DNA from: Leptolyngbyaceae cyanobacterium
GTDB lineage: Bacteria; Cyanobacteriota; Cyanobacteriia; Phormidesmidales; Phormidesmidaceae
DNA: 39,582 nucleotides
NCBI GenBank assembly: GCA_050331235.1
Contig: JBHJHA010000117.1
Location: 1-39,582 of the forward strand
Direction: 5' to 3'
The notes below the pieces were generated by a model. It did not search any database. It worked only from the letters and a program-made list of their open reading frames with translations, and was not told the origin of the DNA. Below are positions 11,201 to 19,060 of the stretch, piece after piece. Position numbers and translations under genes: made by a program. Numbering within the stretch: the first letter of the stretch is position 1; the number at the start of each line of letters is the position of its first letter.

Positions 11201-14200
11201 TAATTGTGGCTGTCTTACCACCGCCATCGGTTACCGTCAGGGTGTAACTCGGATCGGTCTCAGTGCCGTCATTCTCAAACCGTACTAAGCCATCATCAAT
11301 ATTGCCTTGGGTGAAGGTAGTCGTGCTGCTCCCATTGAGCAGGAATTGGCCACCCTCAATATTAGAAACCGTGAACGATAAGTCGCGATTACTAGTCTCT
11401 TCGTCCGTCGCTTTGATGATTGTGTTATCGATGAGCTGAGAGGCTCCCTCGGTAACGGTAAAGGTACCGAGCTGTATACCATTGGCGGCATTGCCGTCTT
11501 GATCAACAAAGACAGGCGCATCATTGACTGGGGCGAAAGTCTTGATGTCGGCAACCTGAGTTGTGAAAGCGCCATTGGCATCCTCAGCCTTAATTGTGAA
11601 GGTAGGTGGCGTATTGGTCGTATTCTCGTAGAAGAAACTGACATCACCATCAATAACGTCTTGACGAGTAAAGGAAATTCCGTCTGAGGGATCAGTATCG
11701 CCTCCAGCCACAATAAAGCTAGCAGCGGCTGCTCCAGTAATCGTGAAAGTCAGCGGCGTGGGCCCGTCCAAATCTTGAGCATCCAGCACACTCAGCGTGA
11801 CAGGAAGGCTCTGATCTTCAACAATGTTGAAATTATTGACGATGATAGTAGGCGCATCGTTATCTGGGGTCACAGTCACGTTGTAGACCAGATCATTGAA
11901 GCCACCGTCGCCATCCGTCACCTGAAGAGTGAACGAATCACCACCGTCGTAGTTGAAATTGGGGGTATAAGTGAGGTTTTGAACGCCATTTTGTGGACTG
12001 GTGCCAAAGGTAATCGCACCATTGGTAGGCCCAGCAATTACGCTCCAGGTCAAGACATCCAGAATACCCACGTCATCCGCTTCGACGGTGAAATCAAACG
12101 ATGTATCCTCAAGGGTCGTAAACGTTGCAGGGGAAGCTGCAGGCGCGGTCAGCGTCGGATCAACATTGACCACCTGAATCTCTCGGGTCGTGCTGACCTC
12201 AGCATCAGCTTGATCTTTGACCGTGACCGTAACCGTAAAGCTGCCATCGCCTTCGTCGGCATAGGTATGGGTCAAATTGTCAAATAGGACCGTGGTTTTG
12301 TCCGTATCGGTAAAGATGCTGCCATCGGTGTCTAGGAAGGTCTCGACGGTGCCATCACCCCAATCCACTGTGATGGAGTGCGTATCATCCAAGAAGGCAG
12401 TTGTAGAATTATCAACATCGTCAAACTTTCCAGAAAGGGTGATCGAACCACCTTCATTCAGGGTGCCGGTGGGCGTGACATTGACAGATAGATTGGTCGG
12501 GTCATCGTTGAACGCATTGACAAAAACGGTGACGTTGGCCGCTTTTGTCCCACCATCGCCATCACTGACCTGCACAACAAAACTGTAGCTACCAAAGAAG
12601 TTTTCGTCAGGCGTGTAAGTTACTGACTGCGTGGCGTTTGTATCAGTGATCGAAACGCTAGCCGTCCCATCGTTGCCCTGCTCTAGAATTGACCAATTAA
12701 ACTCAGTGGCCGTGGTATCCGTTGCCGTGAAGACAATTGTGCCAGAGTCATCTTCGTCAATTTCGATAAAGGTGCTGCCTGGAGAGAGCTCAGGAGGCAC
12801 ATTCTCAATGATAATTGACTCTGAAGCGATCGCCGTTTTACCGAAACTGTCTTGCACTGTCACGACAACTGACACGTCATCGTTAGTCAAAAACTGGTGG
12901 CCTGAATTAAATGAATACGTATTGTTTACGGCGTTGAACGTAAGATCATCGGTAGTCAGGACCGTGTCTTCAGTACCATCGTTCCAATTAATCGTAACCG
13001 TGAAGGTATCGCCAACATCTGGATCAATAAAGCTACCATTCAACGTAATGGCGTCACCTTCATCGATCTGGTTGGCTGAGGCAGTCAAATTCAAGGCAGT
13101 CGGCGCATCGGCCTCGGGCGTCACATTCACCGAAAACGCCACCGTGTCAGACCCGCCATCACCATCATTGACCTGGATTTCAAAGGTTTCCGTGCCGTTG
13201 AAGTCCACATCGGGCGTATAGGTAAAGAATTGAGTTGCAGCGTTACCAGCAGGTGGCGTCACGCTGCCGCCAGCTGACGGCAATCCCACCGTCCAAGTAA
13301 ACACTTCTGTTGGCGAAGGATCTGTCGCAGTCAAAAAGAAGCTCAGAGAGCCATCTTCCGCCACTGTGGGGGTCAAAGAAATTGAAGGAGAAATGGTGGG
13401 GTCAACATTGGTAACAGAGATTGCCCGAGTAACCGGATCGGTCGTCCCTGTCACGTTGCTGCTATCTTTCACAGTGGCCGAAATTTGACCAGAAAAATCG
13501 TCCGTATAGGTGTGAACCGCGGTGAAGGCACCATTACTGTCGACGACGGCGGTGCTATCAGCAGTACCATCCCCCCAGTCAATCGTAACGGTCTGGGTAT
13601 CTCCCACATCGGGGTCAGCAACAGAGCCTGTCAGCGTAATGGTACTGCCCTCAGTTGCCGTTCCTGGAGCATTAATATTCAGAATAGTGGGCGCTTCATT
13701 GATGTCAGTCACTTCAACAAAGACCGACTCAGTATCGGTAAACCCAGCATCATTAGTTGCTGAAACGTTGAGTTGATAGGCACTAGGAAACCCTTCAAAA
13801 TCAAGATCATCAGCATCATTGACGGTTAGCGCGCCCGTTGCGGCATTAATCGCAAAGGCGGCATTACCGTCTCCATCATTGTCGGGATTACCACTCACAA
13901 TCGCCCAAGTATCGGCACTGCCGCTCGCAACAACCACTGTGCCAATAGCGGTTGTTGCTGCACTATTTTCTGCCACCGTAAAAACTTGTGCCGGGGTAAT
14001 GACCGGGGGCGTATTCAGCTCAATCGTGATGCCACTTAAGTCATCTGCTGTTGTACGACTGCCAATTCCATCAACAGCAAAATAATAGGTAGTGTTATTG
14101 ACAGCGTTGAAGGTCACACTGGTGGTTTCACTATTAGTCGCACTAAAGTCTGTGGCGACAGACACAAAACTGCCAAAGTCGCTCGCGGTGGCATTGTCAG

Positions 14201-14954
14201 GGCCGCTGTAAACTGCCAGCACAGTCCCGATCGCACTGCCCGCAGTATTAACATTAACCAGACCATCAGCGCCTGCAGTCCAGGTAAACCAAATCGAGTT
14301 ATTAACAGAGTTTTGAAACGCGAGATTAGCACCCGCTAAGGACGGGTCATGGAGCGGTTCTCCAACCTCAGCATCAGCCGTGTTGTTGCCATCCGTGATC
14401 GGAGTATCCGGAGCGATATCGGTAGCATCAGCAACATCATCATTCAGCACACCAGGATAGGTGGCGATCGCTGTAGCCGTGAGCAACTCGCGAGAGCACA
14501 AGTCGCCTACAACGGTATCTAGATGCCAATCACCGCCCCGCTCTGCATAACCGAGAATATGAGTTGACGCAGCAATATTAGCCTGGGTAAGCGATCGCAA
14601 CCGAGACAAAAATTCCGATCCGGCATCCCCTGCTGCTACAGAACAGCCGTATAAATAAATGTCAGCGACCCGAGTATTTGCGGTCCATAATCGCAAATCA
14701 GCAGCGTAGTTAGACAGCGTCGTTAGATTCAGCCGAGCACTCCCCAAAGACAGCTGCCCAGGCGCACCGTGGGCGATGATATAGATTTCAGTAGCCTCTG
14801 GATGCGCTTGAACAGCGTCGCGAATCTGCACCACGCCATCTGCATGAGGCGCCAAAATTCGAAGGTCAGCGTCAAATGCAATTCCTGCAGCCAACTGCAA
14901 AGGAGCTTCAACACCGGCATCGACAAAAACAATAGGCTTCGCTTTATTCGCCAT
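2271..14954 (-). CDS. Giant (~4,227 aa) acidic surface/adhesin-like protein: DUF4347, cadherin, 3x(PKD + Ig), 20 cadherin-like repeats, 5 Ig/tandem-95-like domains, 5 C-terminal YLxxNPD repeats
   Basis: Single open frame. N-terminal IVFVDAGV...IIAHGAPG...LYGCSVA...GGDWHL fits DUF4347; WGDG-type PKD motifs; repeated NDAP...EG...FTQ.D...F.HDGSE..P.(F/Y)T units; NDxPxAVxD...FTYT domains. Start taken as ATG 14954 (MANKAK); ATGs at 14963 and 14987 are possible, while the track start 15077 looks over-extended. Confidence 0.92.
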   Translation of the reverse strand: MANKAKPIVFVDAGVEAPLQLAAGIAFDADLRILAPHADGVVQIRDAVQAHPEATEIYIIAHGAPGQLSLGSARLNLTTLSNYAADLRLWTANTRVADIYLYGCSVAAGDAGSEFLSRLRSLTQANIAASTHILGYAERGGDWHLDTVVGDLCSRELLTATAIATYPGVLNDDVADATDIAPDTPITDGNNTADAEVGEPLHDPSLAGANLAFQNSVNNSIWFTWTAGADGLVNVNTAGSAIGTVLAVYSGPDNATASDFGSFVSVATDFSATNSETTSVTFNAVNNTTYYFAVDGIGSRTTADDLSGITIELNTPPVITPAQVFTVAENSAATTAIGTVVVASGSADTWAIVSGNPDNDGDGNAAFAINAATGALTVNDADDLDFEGFPSAYQLNVSATNDAGFTDTESVFVEVTDINEAPTILNINAPGTATEGSTITLTGSVADPDVGDTQTVTIDWGDGTADSTAVVDSNGAFTAVHTYTDDFSGQISATVKDSSNVTGTTDPVTRAISVTNVDPTISPSISLTPTVAEDGSLSFFLTATDPSPTEVFTWTVGLPSAGGSVTPPAGNAATQFFTYTPDVDFNGTETFEIQVNDGDGGSDTVAFSVNVTPEADAPTALNLTASANQIDEGDAITLNGSFIDPDVGDTFTVTINWNDGTEDTVLTTDDLTFNAVNNTYSFNSGHQFLTNDDVSVVVTVQDSFGKTAIASESIIIENVPPELSPGSTFIEIDEDDSGTIVFTATDTTATEFNWSILEQGNDGTASVSITDTNATQSVTYTPDENFFGSYSFVVQVSDGDGGTKAANVTVFVNAFNDDPTNLSVNVTPTGTLNEGGSITLSGKFDDVDNSTTAFLDDTHSITVDWGDGTVETFLDTDGSIFTDTDKTTVLFDNLTHTYADEGDGSFTVTVTVKDQADAEVSTTREIQVVNVDPTLTAPAASPATFTTLEDTSFDFTVEADDVGILDVLTWSVIAGPTNGAITFGTSPQNGVQNLTYTPNFNYDGGDSFTLQVTDGDGGFNDLVYNVTVTPDNDAPTIIVNNFNIVEDQSLPVTLSVLDAQDLDGPTPLTFTITGAAAASFIVAGGDTDPSDGISFTRQDVIDGDVSFFYENTTNTPPTFTIKAEDANGAFTTQVADIKTFAPVNDAPVFVDQDGNAANGIQLGTFTVTEGASQLIDNTIIKATDEETSNRDLSFTVSNIEGGQFLLNGSSTTTFTQGNIDDGLVRFENDGTETDPSYTLTVTDGGGKTATISGTGTVNTVNNAPDITVNNFTIVEGEELAVDTSVLNAVDEDDLDPSALTFTVTGTANRGVDSFIVDGVAGATSFTLAQIFANQVSFLYENVDDVAPAFTIKVADDETPTAGQDSEAANIENFTAVNDAPLLDGDPASATIEALLGITVDEGGVVQVKSTAANPNIGAVDEESGPAALTFTVSDIEGGDFLVAGTVSTTFTQAQLSSGAVFFKHDGTETVPSYTVTVTDGGGKSSAPQSVVGTIGNAVNDAPTIIVNDFDVTEGVEFDVTTAVLDAIDIDSVTEIKFTITGDDADSFLVNGTAIASGDSFTRSQIVDGEVSFLYEGETTPIFSITASDQEMAPANPAPATVTVAGDVTFTEVNDTPVFLDGGVPDTDGILPSFTVTENGNVTITNQVIRATDGDFDDRDLVFTVSNVEGGDFFLVGSADPVTEFTQNDVNLGRVFFRNDGSQTDPSYDISVTDGEETATAAGVGTVSAVNDAPVITINNFNVTEGTPLVVDPSVLNATDEETVNISGITFTVSGADKDSFLINGTALTADQFTLADVFAGTVTFDYDEETTPIFTITATDDGTLTTGPGDVATKSVAVAGDVTFTSVNDAPEFVDQDGNPANGNQLGDITVNENSFTSVGTSIISATDADNDDDDLTFTVSDVTGGVFAVNSPTNTTTTFTQADLAAGKVFFVNSGENDGTTNTIGYTITVSDGDKSSTLTGGGTVNPQDDPPVLETNQFDVTEGVEFTVTTDILDATDVDTPDANIVFTISGADFASFSLSGTPLTDGGSFTRGNILAGDVTFKYEGEDAPEFTITLQDLTTTLPAVNGNVEFAPVNDAPTFRIDDDANAANATSIPLTEGGTLNITPALFQVTDAEVAANVQDIEDLQFTVDAVSGGVFQRIGVETTTFTQADIDNNFITFVHDGTETVPSFTITLNDNGSPTPESVTQTVTQADFNFTFVNDVPELQNNKLTITEGQTVTLTTNNLSAIDVETNALDLSFTVTDVTNGQFSVDGGSTFITGDVTGANAFTLLDIIQSNVLFKHDDTGETPTDNKAPSFSVQVADTGADAGPGGLGNQSSPITPTEITFIEVNDAPELTPDGDTPLNTANDPFAIIEGGILVLNNPADTFPGIQITDPDTAPEDVTVTVSNVAGGFFASTSDTETAITTFTQAQLDSNLIVFNHDGSETAPGFTVSVTDGNKSDLQNYVATLTTVNDAPEITLNTLTLTEGDKVTLTTSNLAGSDAETGPANLTYSISNLTNGAFFNGTTEIAPGGTGTFSFTQQEVIDGNISFEHDGSNDAPTYTLTLTDDGTGSQSMSQASSMASDAVISFTPVNDAPEPFLIASTPTEVRSDGLFTISQGGTTIINQADANQLRFEDEETTDPALLTYTVDEVNKGTFLLDGVATTEFTQQDLNLLRVAFQHDGSEFAPSYTVTVSDSGVPSPVESVTLTVDLAANFINANDTPVLGNNALTIDEGQTILFDTSNLSATDSETANLDLEFTISAIKNGKFVIADDPSTVADESNTFGETTFTSDSTAQTGGTFTLRDVVEGRVSFIHDGFDAAPEYTVKVTDDDITDQKSSAEEAAIIAFTRENDDPTLISSTGPITIGTGGDQVTLSQFDFTINEGATKSITLSQINAADEPGETAQIDLTFEVSDVEGGFFALASAATTPITEFTWVQVNNGDLVFKHDGKNTPPTYTLTVTDDEGGTTSADFVGTLTAVNDAPVVTPNAIVLTEDGTVTIDATILTAEDEESLPANLTYAVDSVVGGEFQLSGTKLDPGTGTFTQADVIAGNVTFVDDGLDDTAPTFQITLTDEAISPGTGDLAAKSVVLTDTDFAVAANFTAENDIPTPAEFIVLPFATVVEGETIQIVSGTPDPMATVLEPKIFVEDEESGATELVYTVDSIDNAAFKVNGATQTTFTQDDIDNGLVAFVHDGSENAPSFTLSVSDNDGGTGANTLSQTLDDEITFQLANEAPTITANTLSPIEGEEITLTTANLAATDREDLATELIFEITDVVGGTFFLNGAALDVTAAGNGLGEFSILQVAAGALTFEDDGNETPPSYKVTVTDADPTNALSTGPVAAVIDLTNFPVNDAPTIVTSSFPITEGQALELKTANLLTTDDDNSAAELTYTASNETAGEFFLFNTTTLQLEATSTFTQQDVADNLVVFKHDGTEVEPSFTLTVSDGGDGTDAVIASIANGNVTFSEVNDTPIAADDSFVTDQDTALTNLAVTANDSDDGGVLVVTEIDGQTSPVTLASGAVVSISGNAIGYDPNGAFDSLALGSSVTETFTYTVNDSDPDLATGKTATAAVSITVNGQNDAPTAVADTATTFENTAITINVLTNDDDVDTGDTLTITSVGTVGTTGTVTNLGTSILYDPSGKFTLGDSAQNVDSFTYTISDSQGVTATATVTVTVDGVNDSPIAVDDSGPGFETNDNQALNGLNLTANDEDPDNDTFSIVKINDATVNPGNTVMVGGSTITLVNGDTIDFDPSPTFRTLAVGESTTQSFNYTIEDTGGKQDTAEVTITLNGVNENPVVGNTSLSFATNEGVPLTLDVLTDGNVTDIDVSDTLFISGVDTSTITGQVTNNGSTLTYTPAATLTGGQTITENFTYTVGDGNSGTATGSVSIVVTGVNDPPVAVNDSGVSFATNEATTFTTGSVLANDFDPEGGSISLAGVNTGGTRGLVTNNGNGTFSYDPNGAFNVLPVNRTTTDTFSYTIQDSDGLTDTATVSVTVTGLLSGFLDYEQFLRLQNPAAVAPTDTVDVLPLAQLYDEFYYLNQNPDVAALVGSVFSSGYDHFVQFGQFEGRNPSVLYNEAFYLQDPEFRAAVLGGGFSSGLQHYLNFGHRENRDPSQLFDASDYLLNNPDVANVIASGGLASGFQHYILAGVDEQRLPSLSLFDNSFYLANNPDLVTAGVTDGFGHFVTSGQFENRQPSALYNEASYLGLNPGLVGLVPSGFQHFVASGRFEGRFVFPV

Positions 14955-15221
14955 GATTCGCATCCCCAAAAAATCTATACGCTGCATATCGAGTTCACCG
15001 TTTCTTCCAAACCACACAACCCTTGATGGTGGGCAAGACGCTGCCCAAAGTGTATAAGAGCTTCCACAAAAAATCACAAAAACGAAAAGATCTTTGCGCC
15101 AGATATTGACACAAACTTCTCCTTGAAAATCTAGGCCTTAGCCTTTTCTTATCCTGAGATAGCAAAGTAGCCCCACTAGCCAGTCCAGAGCTCACTGCTC
15201 ACTCAAGGAGAGCACCTAACT

Positions 15222-15253
15222 CTCCTAAAGGACCGCCAGCGGTCTTTTAGGAG
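15222..15253. promoter_or_regulatory. Strong inverted repeat in the leader of the giant gene
   Basis: CTCCTAAAGGACCGC-ca-GCGGTCTTTTAGGAG, 15-bp arms with one mismatch, about 270 nt upstream of the start codon; function unknown. Confidence 0.4.
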
Positions 15254-16340
15254 CTTTATAAAGCCTTCATCATGTCAATAGCGAAAGGGGCAGACACTGG
15301 ACAGCCACTGAGCACCAATAAAAACGGGAAACCCTATCTCCCGCAAGGATTCCAGAGCGCTATACTTCCCTTCCTCAACTTCATTCTCCTTTCAATAGAT
15401 TGACCCAGCGCTTAGGAACGCCAGATGGGTGTAAGGATACCCACGATGTCATTTAAAACACGCAACCCAAGAAAGCTTTTTTCGGAAACTCTTGCTTTCA
15501 GCCTGCATATCCAACATACAAAGATACTCTTTTTTACACGCGCCAATAGCGCAGTACTGACGAAAGCCTTTATAAGGCTCTTAGAGGGGGAAATAAGCAT
15601 ATGCCAATCAGATGGCGGCTCCGGAATTTTTTAATAAACCTTAACAAGGCTAGTCTAGTTTAGATCTAAAAACTCACTTTAAACAGAGAAAATTGAGCTG
15701 CTTGAGTCTCAGGGCTGATAGTTAAAGGCGTACTATTTCTAAATTAATTTGCAAAGCCAGCAGCTAAAATCAGTATAGAAAGATGGTTTTTACGCCTACT
15801 GGAGAGTGTATATTTGTTAAAAAGTCAACCTCAGGGCTTAAGTGGCCGTTATTAGCTGGAAGTTTATTTTTTCGTTTCGGAAATAGTCTTCCTGCATTGA
15901 ATTATCAAAAAATAGCGTTTTCAGCATGATGCTATGGAGTAGCAACTCTATGCATAGCGTCCGTCTTGCCCTAATCACTTCAATCATGTCGAGCCCATAG
16001 CCCTTCTAGATTGCAGTTGATGAGCAGACATCTTCCACAGATGAATCCCTATGGTACGTCCTAAATCGCATCTTGAATCCTGCACCTTCTCACCTTCTGA
16101 GACAGGATAGTTCTTGCCCCCAATTCTCAGAAGATAGATTTGAAAGGGCTGCTCAAAACCTGGTAAGTTAATGGCCTGCCCAGTATTTTAAAGCCTGTAT
16201 GGTCTGAATTTCGAAACGCGACAAATCGGCTCATTGAGCCCCGATCTGCCACGCAGGGACTTTGATGGCGTTAGGTGCGTAGCCAACTTATCTCAATATG
16301 TATCCCTTCCGCAGCGATCGCACTACAGTATTTCCTGCAT

Positions 16341-16372
16341 AAAAAAAAGCGAACAGAGACTCTCTGCTCGCT
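16341..16372 (-). terminator. Rho-independent terminator after ugd
   Basis: Minus strand AGCGAGCAGAG-agt-CTCTGTTCGCT followed by a T run, 33 nt after the stop. Confidence 0.85.
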
Positions 16373-16405
16373 CATAGAATTGTTCAAATGACAAACGGCA
16401 CAGTT

Positions 16406-17791
16406 TTAACGGCCGATGCCCAAATAGCGGAAGCCCCACTCTTCCATTTGGGCCTGGGGCAAGAAGTTGCGGCCATCAATCATAATTGGCGTGTGCATGA
16501 GGCTGGCCATCTTGGCGTAATCCAAAGATAGGAACTGTTTCCAATCGGTGACTAGAACCAAAGCATCACAGCCATCAGCCAAGCGATCAGGATCGGTTTC
16601 TACAATGACCCCCGAAAGACCATCCCGCAGGCCACTTTGAGAAACGATGGGGTCGTAGGCTTTGACCTTGGCACCCAAACGATTGAGTTGCTCAATCAAA
16701 GTCAAGGAGGGGGCATCCCTCATATCATCCGTATCGGGCTTAAAGGTCAAACCAAGCAGACCTACCGTTTTGCCCTTGAGAATTTTGAGCTCCTGCTGCA
16801 GCTTCTCGAGCGCAATGGTGCGCTGGTGCTGGTTAACGCTAACGGTTGCCTTCAGAAGCTGTGCGTCATAGCCGTAGTCATCAGCCGTATGGAGCAGCGC
16901 CAAAACGTCTTTGGGGAAGCAAGACCCCCCCCAGCCAATGCCTGCCTGCAGGAACTTGTGACCAATACGAGAGTCTAAGCCAATTCCTTTCGCAACTTGC
17001 ACGACATCAGCGCCAACGCGATCGCAAATATTGGCAACTTCATTGATGAAGCTAATCTTAGTCGCCAAAAAGGCGTTAGAGGCATATTTCACCATTTCTG
17101 CTGAGCTGAGGTCGGTTACGACAACAGGCACAGACGGCAATGATTGATCTTCGGAAAACTTACGCTCAACTAGAGGTGCATAAAGTTCCTGCATTTTTTC
17201 GATCGCTTTGGAACTATTGCTGCCCAACACGATGCGATCAGGGTTGAAGGTGTCATAAACCGCTGAGCCTTCCCGCAAAAACTCTGGATTGCTGACAACA
17301 TCAAAATCCGCCTGGATCTCTTCTCGCTCAGTCGTCGGAGCACCTGCCCCGACCAAAGACTTTTTGCGCTCAGTAATGCCATCCATGACAATCATCCGCA
17401 CCCAGTCACCAGAGCCGATAGGTACAGTGGACTTGTTGACAATGACCTTGTAGCCGCCATTGAGGTGTGCACCAATGCCGCGAGCAACCGCCTCTACGTA
17501 GCGCGTATCACTTTCACCAGTGGGTAGCGGTGGCGTCCCAACTGCGATAAATAACACTTCGCCATGGGTTACCCCAGCTTCGAGGTCAGTCGTAAAGCTT
17601 AACTTGCCGGACTCCATAGAGGCTTTCATCAGCTCCGACAGACCCGGTTCATAAATTGGCGACTGTCCCGACTGCATCAGCTTGACTTTTTCAGCATTGT
17701 TGTCAATACAAATAACATCGTGGCCGATATGTGACAGGCAAACGCCCGTTACTAAGCCAACATAACCAGTTCCAATGACACAAACACGCAT
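16406..17791 (-). CDS. ugd: UDP-glucose 6-dehydrogenase
   Basis: GTGYVG Rossmann motif, KSTVPIG, SNPEFLREG, catalytic GWGGSCFPKD, FKPDTDDMR. Confidence 0.96.
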   Translation of the reverse strand: MRVCVIGTGYVGLVTGVCLSHIGHDVICIDNNAEKVKLMQSGQSPIYEPGLSELMKASMESGKLSFTTDLEAGVTHGEVLFIAVGTPPLPTGESDTRYVEAVARGIGAHLNGGYKVIVNKSTVPIGSGDWVRMIVMDGITERKKSLVGAGAPTTEREEIQADFDVVSNPEFLREGSAVYDTFNPDRIVLGSNSSKAIEKMQELYAPLVERKFSEDQSLPSVPVVVTDLSSAEMVKYASNAFLATKISFINEVANICDRVGADVVQVAKGIGLDSRIGHKFLQAGIGWGGSCFPKDVLALLHTADDYGYDAQLLKATVSVNQHQRTIALEKLQQELKILKGKTVGLLGLTFKPDTDDMRDAPSLTLIEQLNRLGAKVKAYDPIVSQSGLRDGLSGVIVETDPDRLADGCDALVLVTDWKQFLSLDYAKMASLMHTPIMIDGRNFLPQAQMEEWGFRYLGIGR

Positions 17792-17981
17792 AATAAATTC
17801 AATCCTTTCAACAATTAGGTGAGTTTACAAAACACCCATCGGCGGAATAAGACCGGCTAAGTTTAGCGTTCCCAAGTGGCTAGATGAAATACAGACAACA
17901 TACCAGAAGGATTTATCCGTTTGCGGTCTATCGGCATCAGGCCAGCTAGGGTAAGCACCGAGAAGCGCCGATGAGCTGGAC

Positions 17982-18944
17982 TTATGAAATGCTGGTTTCC
18001 AATGACAAGCGTTTCTCTGCCTGAATTCGCGTCTTAAAATCGTCTACTGTTTTTTGCAGGCCCTCCTGCAGAGGAATCGTTGGCTCCCAGCTTAAGTGAG
18101 TCTTAGCACGGGTAATATCGGGTTTCCGACGTTTGGGATCGTCCTGCGGTAGAGGCTCAAACTTAACGTCAGCATCCGGATTGACCATTTTCTGAACAGT
18201 TTGAGCGAGTTCTAAAATGGTGTACTCGCCTGGATTACCCAAATTAACGGGACCGATAAAATCACCATTCATCAGGCGAATAAACCCTTCAACTAAATCA
18301 TCCACGTAGCAAAAACTGCGGGTTTGCAGGCCATCACCATACACAGTCAGCGGAGTACCTTTGAGTGCCTGCACGACAAAGTTGCTAACTACACGACCAT
18401 CATTTTCCAACATGCGGGGGCCGTAGGTGTTGAAAATGCGAGCAACGCGGATTTCTACGCCGTTTTGGCGGTGATAATCAAAAGCCAAGGTCTCAGCAAC
18501 GCGCTTACCTTCGTCGTAGCAGCTACGAATTCCGATGGGATTCACGTTGCCACGATACTCTTCAGACTGAGGATGGACTTCTGGATCACCATAGACTTCT
18601 GACGTAGACGCCAGGAAAAAGCGAGCCTTGATGCGCTTCGCTAGCCCCAACATGTTCAACGTCCCCATCACGTTGGTCTTGATGGTTTTGACCGGGTTGT
18701 ACTGATAATGCACAGGGGAAGCCGGACAGGCCAGATGATAAATTTGATCGACTTCTAATCGAATGGGCTCGGTAATATCGTGACGAATGAGCTCAAAATT
18801 AGGGTTACCAAACCAGTGCTGAATGTTTCGTTTATGGCCTGTAAAAAAGTTGTCCAGACAAATCACGTCATGCCCAGCCTGCATGAGCCGATCAATCAAG
18901 TGAGAACCGATAAAGCCAGCACCGCCCGTGACTAAAATTCTCAT
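17982..18944 (-). CDS. UDP-glucuronate decarboxylase (UDP-xylose synthase)-family extended SDR
   Basis: [49 protein letters not shown]: the hallmark motifs of UXS. Confidence 0.93.
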   Translation of the reverse strand: MRILVTGGAGFIGSHLIDRLMQAGHDVICLDNFFTGHKRNIQHWFGNPNFELIRHDITEPIRLEVDQIYHLACPASPVHYQYNPVKTIKTNVMGTLNMLGLAKRIKARFFLASTSEVYGDPEVHPQSEEYRGNVNPIGIRSCYDEGKRVAETLAFDYHRQNGVEIRVARIFNTYGPRMLENDGRVVSNFVVQALKGTPLTVYGDGLQTRSFCYVDDLVEGFIRLMNGDFIGPVNLGNPGEYTILELAQTVQKMVNPDADVKFEPLPQDDPKRRKPDITRAKTHLSWEPTIPLQEGLQKTVDDFKTRIQAEKRLSLETSIS

Positions 18945-19060
18945 ATAAATCAGTTAGCGATAAAGAACATGCAGCTATGGTTCCCGGGGTACCTTTAGGA
19001 CTCCCATCTATCGGCCTAAGAGCGACAACGTTGATAGGGCTGCGTCGCGTGCTCCCCCTT

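Noticed and set aside
47..15026. Dozens of plus-strand ORFs (V/S/T/P-rich) opposite the two adhesin genes
   Set aside because: Antisense shadows of biased, repetitive coding sequence; no independent motifs.
14955..15077. Track's N-terminal extension of the giant protein
   Set aside because: GTG start, Cys/Trp-rich composition unlike the protein; DUF4347 begins just after ATG 14954.
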